A stretch of DNA of 54,359 nt from Candidatus Iainarchaeum sp. (GTDB lineage: Archaea > Iainarchaeota > Iainarchaeia > Iainarchaeales > JAZDDZ01). Below are positions 26,601 through 34,700 of this stretch, piece by piece. The position numbers and the translations under genes were made by a program. The notes under the pieces were generated by a model. That model did no database searches and was not told the origin of the DNA. It saw nothing but the letters and a program-made list of their open reading frames with translations. Each line of letters begins with the position of its first letter. The first letter of the stretch is position 1. The DNA is taken from NCBI GenBank assembly GCA_043809245.1, contig JAZDDZ010000010.1, positions 1-54,359 on the forward strand. The letters run 5' to 3'.

Positions 26601-28703
26601 TTTGTTTGTTGGTTTTGTTATTCCTCTAACCATCCTTCGCGCAGTTGTTGCTGAAACTCCCGTCCCACGAGATATTTCCGCAAAGGTGTGATTTGAATTA
26701 TAAGCTTCGGTTATTGCATCTAATGCCTCGCTTTCATTAAAGGGAGGAAGGCCAATGGCCAAATTGTTTGATTCTTTGATTGCTTGCTCAATTTCCTTGG
26801 CCCTGTTTTCGAATGAATTTATCAACTGAAGGAGGCTTTTCCGGGAAGGGTTGTCCCTTCTGCAAATGTAGTTATTGGTTCCTCTGCATTCTTTTTGCGG
26901 TTGAGGCATATTAAGCAGGGAAATTATTTCTAACAGAATAGGATGACAATCAGGGATAATATCAATATTGGGGTTTCCCTTTGCTTGGAAAATTTTCTCA
27001 AATCTATTCATTTTATAGTCAACCAAAAATTTCAAGCCAGTTAGTGGGGCCAGATTTTCAACCCCTCTAACGAATAACCTCTGATAAATCTTGGCCCCTA
27101 GCTGCTTGTGCTTGATAACTGAAATGCAGCCAAGGCTTAAAAGTATCCTGTCCACCCCCCGTGAAAGTTTCGGGCTTGCAAGCGTAACCTCGATTTCTGT
27201 TTTGGAATCCGATATATAGCCATCGCAATCTATAAATGCTGATAAAAAATTTTTTCGGACACTTTCGCGGCTAAGCAGTATTTGTTCTGGAACAAACTTT
27301 GTCCAGCTTGAGGAGGTGAAACCAAGCTTCTGCAGCGATAATGCCAAAAGCTTGTTGAAAACCAGTATCTCGCCATTCCTTTTTGTCCCATGTGCTTTTT
27401 CCCCAAAAACAGTTTCAACAAGTTTTATGAAATCCTTCTGAATGTTTTTGTCAATGTTGGTGAATTGAATGTGCTGGATTGCATTGTGGCCTTCAGCAAG
27501 CCAGTAAGCCATTAGCCGCGCAAAATTTTCATCAACAACAACTTTGGGGGGAATGTGTTTCGCCTTAAGCCAAAGGAAATCAATATCCTCTTTTATCAAA
27601 GTAAACTCTAGTCCAAGAACATTGCACAGTTCGATAAAATTCTTTAACGGAATTGCCTTAGAAAGCCAGTTGTAGAATGAACCCTGTTTTACGCCTATTC
27701 TATTTGCCGCTTCTTTCCGGGTCAAATTTTTTTCCTTTAATTTTTTCTTAATAATTGAAAACACTTTTTTATTCTTAACAAAAACCTTGGTTGAATGTGC
27801 CCACATGTCAACAAAATCAATCTCGTGTAGAGCCCCCTCAAAAGAAAATTTTGGCAATAGAATGTAATCCGCCTTATTCAATTCATTTGCTTTTACCCAT
27901 TTAATTCCATTATCCACAACCGGGACCAGGTGTTCAGGTGTCAATTCAATGCTTCTGCCGCTTGCGCTTTTCAGCAGCAGCATTTTTGAAGGGGCTTTTC
28001 TTCGCATAAAAGCAGTGATTTTTGACGCAGTAATATTCATGTTTTCATCCATGGAAACAACTGACAAATTCTCTGGATTGTCTGGAGAAATTTCAACGCC
28101 ATCTTCAACAAAAGTACCATTCATTAATTGCCTATCAACAAGCTCGCCAATCTTGACTGTTTTTCCATTGGAAAGCAAAATCTCCGAAAACGGGCTCGTG
28201 CACTTTCCCGCGCCGCTCATCGCCAAAACAGCCAAATGTTTTTTCAGCAGGCGGCTCATGTTCAGCTTGACAGGCAATTGATGGTATTCAACTTCGCCCA
28301 AGTGAAGGCCTTTTTCCTCAAAGCCCAAAAATTTTTTCAGGTTTTCACCCGAAGCAACCCTTACCTTTGTTCCCGGTGAAGGCGGATAAGTGGAGCGCTT
28401 TGAAGCCGAAGCAGTGAAAACACCCAATGGGCGGGTTTTTGCCACGAGGTATTCCCATTCGTGTGTAGGAAAGCTCTCAAGCAGCTTTGCACCGGAAGCT
28501 TCAAATTCCTTGACGCTTTCAGCGCGCTCAAAGTAACGGTTTGTTTTGAACACATCAACAATTAATGCGACAAGCGTTCCCTCAGAGTAATCCATTTCAA
28601 CAAATTGCCCTCGGTGAACAACGCCCTTGTTTACAACAAACTCCAAATTTGATGGTGATGGGCTGAAAGGCGTTGAAATAACTGTTCCGATTTCCTCACT
28701 CAT
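23616..28703 (-). CDS. herA: HerA helicase/ATPase (about 510-aa extein) containing two inteins
   Basis: HAS-barrel N-terminus, HLAVLAMSGAGK|S Walker A, DAHGEY, EEAHQF, IAREGRKFG, SQRP, LSQ|CNT; adjacent to nurA. Confidence 0.93.
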   Translation of the reverse strand: MSEEIGTVISTPFSPSPSNLEFVVNKGVVHRGQFVEMDYSEGTLVALIVDVFKTNRYFERAESVKEFEASGAKLLESFPTHEWEYLVAKTRPLGVFTASASKRSTYPPSPGTKVRVASGENLKKFLGFEEKGLHLGEVEYHQLPVKLNMSRLLKKHLAVLAMSGAGKCTSPFSEILLSNGKTVKIGELVDRQLMNGTFVEDGVEISPDNPENLSVVSMDENMNITASKITAFMRRKAPSKMLLLKSASGRSIELTPEHLVPVVDNGIKWVKANELNKADYILLPKFSFEGALHEIDFVDMWAHSTKVFVKNKKVFSIIKKKLKEKNLTRKEAANRIGVKQGSFYNWLSKAIPLKNFIELCNVLGLEFTLIKEDIDFLWLKAKHIPPKVVVDENFARLMAYWLAEGHNAIQHIQFTNIDKNIQKDFIKLVETVFGEKAHGTKRNGEILVFNKLLALSLQKLGFTSSSWTKFVPEQILLSRESVRKNFLSAFIDCDGYISDSKTEIEVTLASPKLSRGVDRILLSLGCISVIKHKQLGAKIYQRLFVRGVENLAPLTGLKFLVDYKMNRFEKIFQAKGNPNIDIIPDCHPILLEIISLLNMPQPQKECRGTNNYICRRDNPSRKSLLQLINSFENRAKEIEQAIKESNNLAIGLPPFNESEALDAITEAYNSNHTFAEISRGTGVSATTARRMVRGITKPTNKAFLLAENSFKIQGKSNQQILSVANLDLCEAINKMHVLIKTLGYELNEICKSANIHRGATYEYSQRQRKPAYSTVLKLAEKLRICASESEQMLLQATSKIEMLKKLSGCPVFYDMIKEITEVKTAYEYVYDLSTEQKNFVANNLLIHNSVAVKSVIEELLDRKKEDGRISIIVLDAHGEYVSFAEQNPGSKFRDYSSKTKIVRARDIKIGVPKLSVGLIASIVSGLSAPQKRELERVFSRRKSEMKGGSGPFDLADVRNEILRDKEMKEQTSKVLLSWIASLEELYLFGKTDLPSLADLVKPGQLTVLDFSDIVNMKKKQVIVAYFAKKLFEERRRRAIAPFLLVVEEAHQFAPSQAKEEYAISKGIIETIAREGRKFGASLCLISQRPINLSTTALSQCVSPETKVILADGEQKSIDELKNNWQDARILSCNIFEGKLEKSQISAYLKLNPASEKRACFKISTELGRSLNCTADHPLWVRDKCWIKAEGLQNGDFVAVLPVGPASGGDRCILNISSEKIAKLLPNTINQARLFKNLRDNGLIDQDIEKSKVLALARLTGHIFGDGTLHPPYKNPENQHLLRITYSGSEEDLSEIKKDLSLLGFKSNQKISKEEKISYSNFVDFGRRMIKGTTTYFKTGVVGLWAVLRVLDLPLGNKTTNAIFVPQWILNGDKDIKREFLAAFCGAECSGIRWKKDRFPERLVLPFSKVENLLSNGEIFASQIINLFKEFGVESSLYKRDYVFRKDGAKTIQFIISISRNRKNILQFIGNVNYRYSVKRRANALNCLEYLKWIGTKTSEKVSFWKKINGLTNEKTAAEIGLTYNMNKKVVNNWASMTAQQVRLAPCDNIPRFSEWLNQRTENLSQGLIWDKITEITPIELNDVRDITVPNYHCFFANEFLTHNCNTHLILRVTNPYDLKHIGESSEGIDSASLDMITSLRVGEGLLVGEAVNFPVFFRVRKNNSAESKHEISLEEAAKKFEEGKDEKEKEAEEFL
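23895..25406 (-). mobile_element. Intein 2 in HerA (504 aa) with a LAGLIDADG endonuclease
   Basis: Starts CVSPET after ALSQ; TADHP block B; GHIFGDG; ends FLTHN|C. Confidence 0.9.
26160..28202 (-). mobile_element. Intein 1 in the HerA Walker A motif (681 aa) with a LAGLIDADG endonuclease and extra HTH segments
   Basis: Starts CTSPFS after GAGK; TPEH; AYWLAEG; AFIDCDG; ends LLIHN|S. Confidence 0.9.
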
Positions 28704-28932
28704 TTTGCCCGGCCCCTTTCTCTTGCTTTAATTTCTTTTGATATTCTGCGATAAATTCAGGCAATCCCTCTGGAAACTGTTTTGCCTCAAAGCCACATTC
28801 AGCGCAAACATCGCTGAATTCCCTTAAAGAAGCCTTCCAGTCAGTTGTCAATGAAACCTTTGCAGAGCCGCAGCGCGGGCAGAACCTGAAGAAAGTTTCC
28901 TTTGGGCTTTTTTCTTTCTTTTTGCCGAACAT
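28696..28932 (-). CDS. Small zinc-ribbon protein
   Basis: FCPRCGS...CAECGF; overlaps the herA start. Confidence 0.7.
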   Translation of the reverse strand: MFGKKKEKSPKETFFRFCPRCGSAKVSLTTDWKASLREFSDVCAECGFEAKQFPEGLPEFIAEYQKKLKQEKGAGQNE

Positions 28933-28944
28933 TTAATGCACCTT

Positions 28945-29034
28945 TTACCTGTTTCCGCCCCTGCCGAATTTTTTCAAAACCCTTGAAATTGCATTCCTGC
29001 TTTTTTCAATTCCCGCAATAAATCTTTTCTTCAT
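28945..29034 (-). CDS. Possible 29-aa basic microprotein (MKKRFIAGIEKSRNAISRVLKKFGRGGNR)
   Basis: Fills the gap between nurA and the Zn-ribbon gene, in operon orientation. Confidence 0.35.
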   Translation of the reverse strand: MKKRFIAGIEKSRNAISRVLKKFGRGGNR

Positions 29035-29045
29035 AAAAAACACTT

Positions 29046-30152
29046 TTAGAATGGTCGGTTCTCCCTTCGCAGGCGGATTTTCACGTGTTTCCCGAGCTTA
29101 TCCCAGATCTTGTTGTAAACCGCCTCTATTTCGTTGGGGTGAAGCCTTGCCCTCAAATCGGCTTCAATTAAGACACTGGGGTAAGCGTACTCGCGGTGCA
29201 AAGAACTCAGGGAAAAAACCACTGAGGAAAGCTCGTTCGCTTTAGCGGAAACGCTTTCGCCATTGGAAAGAAATTCCACTCTCAATGGCCTGTCGTAAAG
29301 CGAGGGCTTCAAATAAAACGCGTGAACTTTCCTGCTCCATTTTTCCTCAAAGTCATTGAGAATCGGGTGCTGGGAAATATTTTTCGTATAAGTGAAGGCA
29401 CAGCTTCTCTCGCCTTTCAATAAAAGATAGTCAAGCAAAGAAGAGTCAAACAAACTGTCAAGTTTTTTCGGGTCAAACAGCCTTGCCTTTGAAAGGATTT
29501 CCTCCTGCAATATTCCCCTGAACCTGCTTCCCCTGCTGTCCTCAACGCATGCAATCAAAGTGCAATTGCTTTCTTCGGCAAGCGCATAAAGCGACTGGAA
29601 TTCGTCAATGATTGAATGGTAATCGCTGCACACGCTTGAATCATTCCGCGGCTTGTCAGCGTACTGTGGAATAATGCTTCCGTCCAAAAAACAGTATTTT
29701 GGGGAAAAAGTTTCAATTGCTTTTTTTGCTGCAAAAATTTCCTTATGCAATCGCACCAGGCTCTTTGAGCATCCAGCCTCATCATGGTCCAATGCTCCGT
29801 TTGAAAGAACGGGTTCAGGGAAATGGTAAAAGTCAGGCCAGTAAAGCGCTTTCACCATTTTTCCGTTTTCAAAGTCAAATGCAACGGAAACCGCGCGAAC
29901 CAAGACTAAGTCAAGGGATGCAAGGTTTTTTCCCACAAAGCCTGAATCAACGCCTGAAATGCGGCAGTCAAGGGAGCACGGGGCAACGGGAAAAACAAGC
30001 TTTTCCTCTAACAGTTCACGGGAATTGAACTTGGAAAGGTCCCCGGTTTTCAGGGGAAAAAGGTGTTTTGCCGCGTTTTGCTTTAATTCCTCACCGGAAT
30101 GAATTGCATTCACGGCTTCATTGATTACATTGGAGAACATGCTTTTGCCCAT
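29046..30152 (-). CDS. nurA: NurA nuclease
   Basis: GVDSG, FLDGS, PLRVEF, YAYPSVLIEAD..AR; upstream of herA. Confidence 0.9.
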   Translation of the reverse strand: MGKSMFSNVINEAVNAIHSGEELKQNAAKHLFPLKTGDLSKFNSRELLEEKLVFPVAPCSLDCRISGVDSGFVGKNLASLDLVLVRAVSVAFDFENGKMVKALYWPDFYHFPEPVLSNGALDHDEAGCSKSLVRLHKEIFAAKKAIETFSPKYCFLDGSIIPQYADKPRNDSSVCSDYHSIIDEFQSLYALAEESNCTLIACVEDSRGSRFRGILQEEILSKARLFDPKKLDSLFDSSLLDYLLLKGERSCAFTYTKNISQHPILNDFEEKWSRKVHAFYLKPSLYDRPLRVEFLSNGESVSAKANELSSVVFSLSSLHREYAYPSVLIEADLRARLHPNEIEAVYNKIWDKLGKHVKIRLRRENRPF

Positions 30153-30185
30153 ATAAATCAAGTGTGCAGCAAAGGGCTTTTCACC

Positions 30186-30278
30186 TTATGCCGCTGCAAT
30201 CGCATTCGGGTAAAACCGCAAATAATGCACGCTTGGCTCCTGCCTTGAAACAATAACCGCATTCACATTTTCATCCAT
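30186..30278 (-). CDS. 30-aa leader microprotein at the head of the nurA-herA operon
   Basis: MDENVNAVIVSRQEPSVHYLRFYPNAIAAA*; AGGTGA RBS; TTTAAATA box at about 30312-30319 on the minus strand. Confidence 0.5.
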   Translation of the reverse strand: MDENVNAVIVSRQEPSVHYLRFYPNAIAAA

Positions 30279-30325
30279 AAAACATCACCTGAAAAACTTG
30301 CGCTTCAGGGGTATTTAAAGCATTG

Positions 30326-30404
30326 GAGGGAGTAAGTTGCCGGTGCGAAATGCGATGAAAATAGGGGGATTTATTGGCTTGCCTTGCACGCTGGAGGCGC
30401 GGAT
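30326..30404. repeat. Conserved 79-bp intergenic element, copy B
   Basis: Ungapped homolog of 22181-22259. Confidence 0.85.
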
Positions 30405-30476
30405 TTTCTGCTTTCCGAACCGAAACCCATTTTAAATTTAAGCGACTTATATTGTTCTGCTAGAGTGTGAGGGAAA

Positions 30477-30812
30477 ATGAAGGCTTTTTTTGAGGTAAAG
30501 GATGTAGAGCAGGACTGGCGGCCGCCCTTTGAGAAAAAGGTCACGGAAAAAAGCTTTGAAGTTGAAGAAAATGAGGCTTTTGACAGGTTTGAAGGCCTGG
30601 GAAGCGACATATTCACATTGGTTAGGGCAAACGGCGAGTTTGCAGTGGTAAAATACCACACTCAGTTCACTTTAAAGGGATACGAGCAGCCGCGCGACAA
30701 GCAGGTTTTGCTCAAAAAAGGCGAAGAAGCCTCTTTTTCTTTTCTCTGGGGAAAAAACGGCTTGACAAAAAAACTGTGCTTTAAAGGATTCAACGGCGAC
30801 GGGCAGCAATAA
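30477..30812 (+). CDS. Hypothetical protein
   Basis: 111-aa ORF with GAGG RBS and host-like codon usage. Confidence 0.7.
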   Translation: MKAFFEVKDVEQDWRPPFEKKVTEKSFEVEENEAFDRFEGLGSDIFTLVRANGEFAVVKYHTQFTLKGYEQPRDKQVLLKKGEEASFSFLWGKNGLTKKLCFKGFNGDGQQ

Positions 30813-30815
30813 AAA

Positions 30816-31418
30816 TCACTGGTTTTTTTGGCTTTTGAAATAAGCATCAAACGCATCTGATAATTGGTTTATGTCTAATTCCTCGGCACTTGAACGGTTA
30901 AAGCCGCTTACGAATGAGCCGAAACGGTTACGGGCTAAAGGGATTACTTTTAGCGAATCGCCACTTGGGACTACCATCTGAAAGCTTTCAAGGCACGTGC
31001 GGTAATAGGCGGCCACGTCCGTTTGTTTGCGCGCTAAAAATTTTTCATAAAGCCCAATCAACTTTTTTGCAGTCACTTTTTTAGGGTACGCTGAAGAAAG
31101 TTTTTTCCCAGCAGCGTTTTTCCCACCCGCGCTGTGTATGGCTGACATAGCAGCCTTTGTTTCAGGGGCAAGATTTGAATCCTTAAACACCAGCAAGTAC
31201 CCTGAAATAGACTTATCTGAAGCAGCAATTCCTTTTTCCTGCAGAATCCGGCGTATTTCCTTTGTAGTTATTTTTTGCCCTTCTTTTCCGGCTTGCTTAA
31301 TTATTCCAAAAACCGCGTTCATTTTGACTGCCGCGCCGTGCTGTGCGTTTAACATAGTCTTGTTTATCGTGGTTTTTTTCGCGCAAGTGGCTTTCTTCCG
31401 ATATCTCATTTGCCTCAT
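30816..31418 (-). CDS. Orphan protein with a possible winged-helix segment
   Basis: Probable start MRQMRYRKK; ITTKEIRRILQEKGIAASDKSISGYL resembles a wHTH. Confidence 0.55.
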   Translation of the reverse strand: MRQMRYRKKATCAKKTTINKTMLNAQHGAAVKMNAVFGIIKQAGKEGQKITTKEIRRILQEKGIAASDKSISGYLLVFKDSNLAPETKAAMSAIHSAGGKNAAGKKLSSAYPKKVTAKKLIGLYEKFLARKQTDVAAYYRTCLESFQMVVPSGDSLKVIPLARNRFGSFVSGFNRSSAEELDINQLSDAFDAYFKSQKNQ

Positions 31419-31488
31419 ATTATGCCCATAAAGCCGAAAAATAGATAAAATGGAAGAATTTTTTAAACCATGGCAACACTTTTTCTTC

Positions 31489-31839
31489 ATGGAATTCAAG
31501 CAAGCCATTCTCATTCGGACGGATTTAAAGATGGGCAAGGGAAAAATCGGCGCCCAGTCAGCGCATGCATCCATTGCCGCCTTGGAGAAAACACAGAAAC
31601 AGAGACCCGAATGGGTTGAACACTGGAGGGAACAGGGGCAAATGAAAGTCGTGTTAAAGGTTGCATCGGAGAAAGAACTGCTTGAGTTGTTTGAAGCGAT
31701 TAAGAGAACGATTCCCGCGGCACTGATAAGGGATGCGGGGCACACGCAGATTGAAAGCGGAAGCGCGACAGCCGTTGGAATAGGCCCTGCACCGGAAAAC
31801 GAATTGGACAAGTTCACTGGAAAACTGAAACTGCTGTGA
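31489..31839 (+). CDS. pth2: Peptidyl-tRNA hydrolase 2
   Basis: RTDLKMGKGKIGAQSAHA, DAGHTQI, GIGP, TGKLKLL. Confidence 0.95.
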   Translation: MEFKQAILIRTDLKMGKGKIGAQSAHASIAALEKTQKQRPEWVEHWREQGQMKVVLKVASEKELLELFEAIKRTIPAALIRDAGHTQIESGSATAVGIGPAPENELDKFTGKLKLL

Positions 31840-31843
31840 AAAA

Positions 31844-32077
31844 ATGATTCCATTCAATAAAATAATGCTGCTTGCACTGGCTTTCCTTGTGCTTGGAACA
31901 GCGCTTGCACTGATGGTTTGGCTCACGCAATTCCAGAACGCTTTCCTAATGCCTGGCCTGCTGTCGCAGTTGAATCCCATTGGATGGCTTGCGGTTATAG
32001 CGATTCTTGTTTTTGGGGGAATTTATCTGCTGAAAATTTCTTTCTCTGTTTTCAGCGGCTTTTTCCGGGGCGATTAA
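31844..32077 (+). CDS. Small two-TM membrane protein
   Basis: Two hydrophobic helices; operonic between pth2 and the GTPase. Confidence 0.6.
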   Translation: MIPFNKIMLLALAFLVLGTALALMVWLTQFQNAFLMPGLLSQLNPIGWLAVIAILVFGGIYLLKISFSVFSGFFRGD

Positions 32078-32078
32078 A

Positions 32079-32837
32079 TTGCCTGGGTTCTGGGAGAGAA
32101 TAAAAAAAATTGTAAGGGAAGCCGACATAGTTGTGGAGGTAGTTGACGCGCGGTTTCCTGAGAAAACAAGGAACGCTGATTTGGAGGTTTTGGTTGAAGA
32201 GCAGGGGAAAAAACTCATCATTGCGTTGAACAAATCTGATTTGATTTCAGCGAGAAAAGCAAAACTGGAAAAAAAAGAAATTGTAAAGGACGCGCCGTGC
32301 GTTTTCGTTTCATCAGCAAAAAAACTTGGCATCAACGGGCTTCGCACTGAGATTGGAAAAATCTCAAAAGGAGAAAAAGCGAAAGTCGCGGTTGTCGGCT
32401 ACCCTAACACTGGAAAAAGCTCTCTCATTAATGCTTTGGCTGGAAGAAAGGCTGCGCGCACATCAATCACCGCTGGCTTTACGCGCGGCGAACAACTGGT
32501 TAGGATTAGCGAAAAAACGCTTTTGATTGATTCCCCTGGAGTGATTCCGTTTGAGGAAAAGGATGAAACTGATTTGGCTTTGATTGGCGCAAAAAACCCG
32601 GAACAGCTTGAGGACGCAGAGGGCACAGCGCTGAAGCTCATTGAATTCGTGTTAAAGGAAAAGCCGAAAGCATTTGAAGAAGCTTACGGCGTTAAGGAAA
32701 AAATTGACGCGGAAAAATTACTGGAGGAAATCGCGTTAAAGCAGAGGCTGTTAATGAAAGGCGGAAAGCCGAATGTGCATGCGGCGGCGAGAAAGCTTTT
32801 GCGTGAGTGGCAGTTGGGGAAAATAAGAATTAAATAA
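32079..32837 (+). CDS. Circularly permuted ribosome-biogenesis GTPase (RbgA/YlqF family)
   Basis: DARFP, NKSD (G4) preceding GYPNTGKSS (G1), then DSPG (G3). Confidence 0.92.
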   Translation: MPGFWERIKKIVREADIVVEVVDARFPEKTRNADLEVLVEEQGKKLIIALNKSDLISARKAKLEKKEIVKDAPCVFVSSAKKLGINGLRTEIGKISKGEKAKVAVVGYPNTGKSSLINALAGRKAARTSITAGFTRGEQLVRISEKTLLIDSPGVIPFEEKDETDLALIGAKNPEQLEDAEGTALKLIEFVLKEKPKAFEEAYGVKEKIDAEKLLEEIALKQRLLMKGGKPNVHAAARKLLREWQLGKIRIK

Positions 32838-32876
32838 AGCTTTGGAATTGGAACAGATTAAACTTAAATACCCTAA

Positions 32877-33569
32877 ATGCCTTTTTCTTTTATGATTGCA
32901 GAAAAGCGAAAGGCCGCAATAATTTCTTTCGGCGTAGTGTACCTTATTTTCGGATTGATTCTGGTTTACCTTGTTTTCTTCAATGCGGGCCTGAATGTAG
33001 AGGAAAGAATCAATGGATTGACAGGCGCCAAGGAAATTGCGGTCAGGAATGACTCCAACAGGCTGATTCGCGATGTTACGGTCAGTTTCCTTGACGAGTT
33101 CGGGAGAAAAAAAGAACTGAAAAGCATTGCCGAGTTTTTTCCCGGAAACGAATTCATTGTTGACTACAATTTTCCCGCGGGCATGCCCTCGGTTACAATA
33201 ATTGTGGAAGCGCCATTCCACCAGGCAGTTGAGAAGGCAGTAGCGCTGCACGGTGGAACAGGCTTAAGGCTTTCTTACACGCTTGAAATCCAGGACTTTG
33301 CATTCAAGGGATTTGCTTTCCCGATTGCGTTAAGCGTTTGCAGCCAGGGAAGCGAAGCAAAAGGCATAATTGTCGGGGAAAGCCATGACCTTGAATTTTT
33401 CGAGGAAGCCTCAGGCGCAACGCAGATAGAGCAGCTGCCTGCAGGCGGATGCAAGAAAGTGAACTTCATTTTAACGCCTAAACTGGCGGGCAAAACCACA
33501 ATCTATTTTAATGTCAGTGCACTAAATAATACGGAAAACTTCCAGAAAGAAGTGGAAGTAAAGGAATGA
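32877..33569 (+). CDS. Membrane-anchored hypothetical protein with a beta-rich extracellular region
   Basis: Single N-terminal TM helix followed by a beta-strand pattern. Confidence 0.65.
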   Translation: MPFSFMIAEKRKAAIISFGVVYLIFGLILVYLVFFNAGLNVEERINGLTGAKEIAVRNDSNRLIRDVTVSFLDEFGRKKELKSIAEFFPGNEFIVDYNFPAGMPSVTIIVEAPFHQAVEKAVALHGGTGLRLSYTLEIQDFAFKGFAFPIALSVCSQGSEAKGIIVGESHDLEFFEEASGATQIEQLPAGGCKKVNFILTPKLAGKTTIYFNVSALNNTENFQKEVEVKE

Positions 33570-33581
33570 AAATGAGTTTTT

Positions 33582-34247
33582 ATGGCTAAAGAAAAGGCTT
33601 CAGGCGATGCAAGCATTATTGAAATAATCCAGAAAATGGTGAGCGACGGCGAAAGCGAGCAGAAAATAATACAAACACTTCAAGAGTTAGGCGTTGAACC
33701 TGACAAGGCAAAACGCCTATTGCTTTTAGGCCAGGCTGACACGTTTGCATTACTGCGCTCGGAGATAGCCAAAATTGTTTCAACGCAAATGGAGAAAGAA
33801 AAAGCGGGAATGCTTTCATTCGCAGAAGAACAGGCAAGCACGGCAAGCGAAAAATCAAAGGAAAAAATAGAGAAAGCGGTAATGGCTGACATAAGGCAGT
33901 ATGAAAGGGACATCACAGGGCAAAGCCGAACATACCAGGAACAGATTAGCGACACTGTCCAAAGAATGGCTGAGTTAAGCGAAAAAGTGAGGGCAAAGCT
34001 AAACGAGTTAGGCGAAGCGGTTCAGGAAACACAGGCAGACATGGATGAATTAAAGGTTAAAGGAGTTGGAAGCAGAAACGTTTGGATAAGCAGGCTATTG
34101 CTTGTTTTGGGAATTGCCTTCTGCTTATCAGACCTCTATCTTTTCTTCACAGTGTTCCAAGGCATTTTCTCTGTTGACACGCTAATACTGACAATCATCA
34201 TGGCATTGATTGGAATAACAATGCTGTTTGTTGCGACTATTGTTTGA
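33582..34247 (+). CDS. Coiled-coil protein with two C-terminal TM helices
   Basis: Heptad-rich region followed by two hydrophobic helices. Confidence 0.7.
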   Translation: MAKEKASGDASIIEIIQKMVSDGESEQKIIQTLQELGVEPDKAKRLLLLGQADTFALLRSEIAKIVSTQMEKEKAGMLSFAEEQASTASEKSKEKIEKAVMADIRQYERDITGQSRTYQEQISDTVQRMAELSEKVRAKLNELGEAVQETQADMDELKVKGVGSRNVWISRLLLVLGIAFCLSDLYLFFTVFQGIFSVDTLILTIIMALIGITMLFVATIV

Positions 34248-34258
34248 AGGTGAAAAAA

Positions 34259-34501
34259 ATGATGTTTCCGAAAATTGACCTTAAGGAACTCGAAGAAGAA
34301 AAAAAGATGATATTGGAGGAAAGAGCTTCTTTTCCAAAACGTTACGCTGAATATTTTAAAACACATCCGAACGTGATGGAGACGCCAAAGCAGAGAAAGT
34401 TATACGAATTAATTTGCAAAGAAAATGGCTTGATTGGACACGCCACGGAAACTCCAAACAAGGCCTGGAGCAGGCAGCAGAACAAGTTATTAGGCAAGTG
34501 A
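34259..34501 (+). CDS. Small hypothetical protein
   Basis: GGTGA RBS before MMFPKIDLKELEEEK...WSRQQN. Confidence 0.55.
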   Translation: MMFPKIDLKELEEEKKMILEERASFPKRYAEYFKTHPNVMETPKQRKLYELICKENGLIGHATETPNKAWSRQQNKLLGK

Positions 34502-34511
34502 GGTGAAAAAA

Positions 34512-34682
34512 ATGGCTGGACCGCCGAAGAGAATAACCCCAAAACGAAACTCCGAGTCAAAAGGGCCTAATAAAGCCAGTGAACTAGTAAGATGGTTGCG
34601 GAAAAAACATATTGAAGTTTTGCGGAAAAAACAACGAGCCGAACAGGCAAAGAAACGCAGAGAAAGAAAAAACCAAAAATGA
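34512..34682 (+). CDS. 56-aa highly basic microprotein
   Basis: GAGGTGA RBS; MAGPPKRITPKRNSESK...KKRRERKNQK*; below the ORF-track size cut-off. Confidence 0.6.
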   Translation: MAGPPKRITPKRNSESKGPNKASELVRWLRKKHIEVLRKKQRAEQAKKRRERKNQK

Positions 34683-34700
34683 AAAAAGATAGTGTGATTA

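Noticed and set aside
30186-30278. tmRNA tag-like reading frame (DEN...AAA*)
   Set aside because: Has its own ATG and RBS; no tRNA-Ala-like ends nearby; tmRNA is not known in archaea
31419-31853. N-terminal part of the 345-aa minus-strand ORF
   Set aside because: Antisense to pth2; the real gene probably starts at 31418
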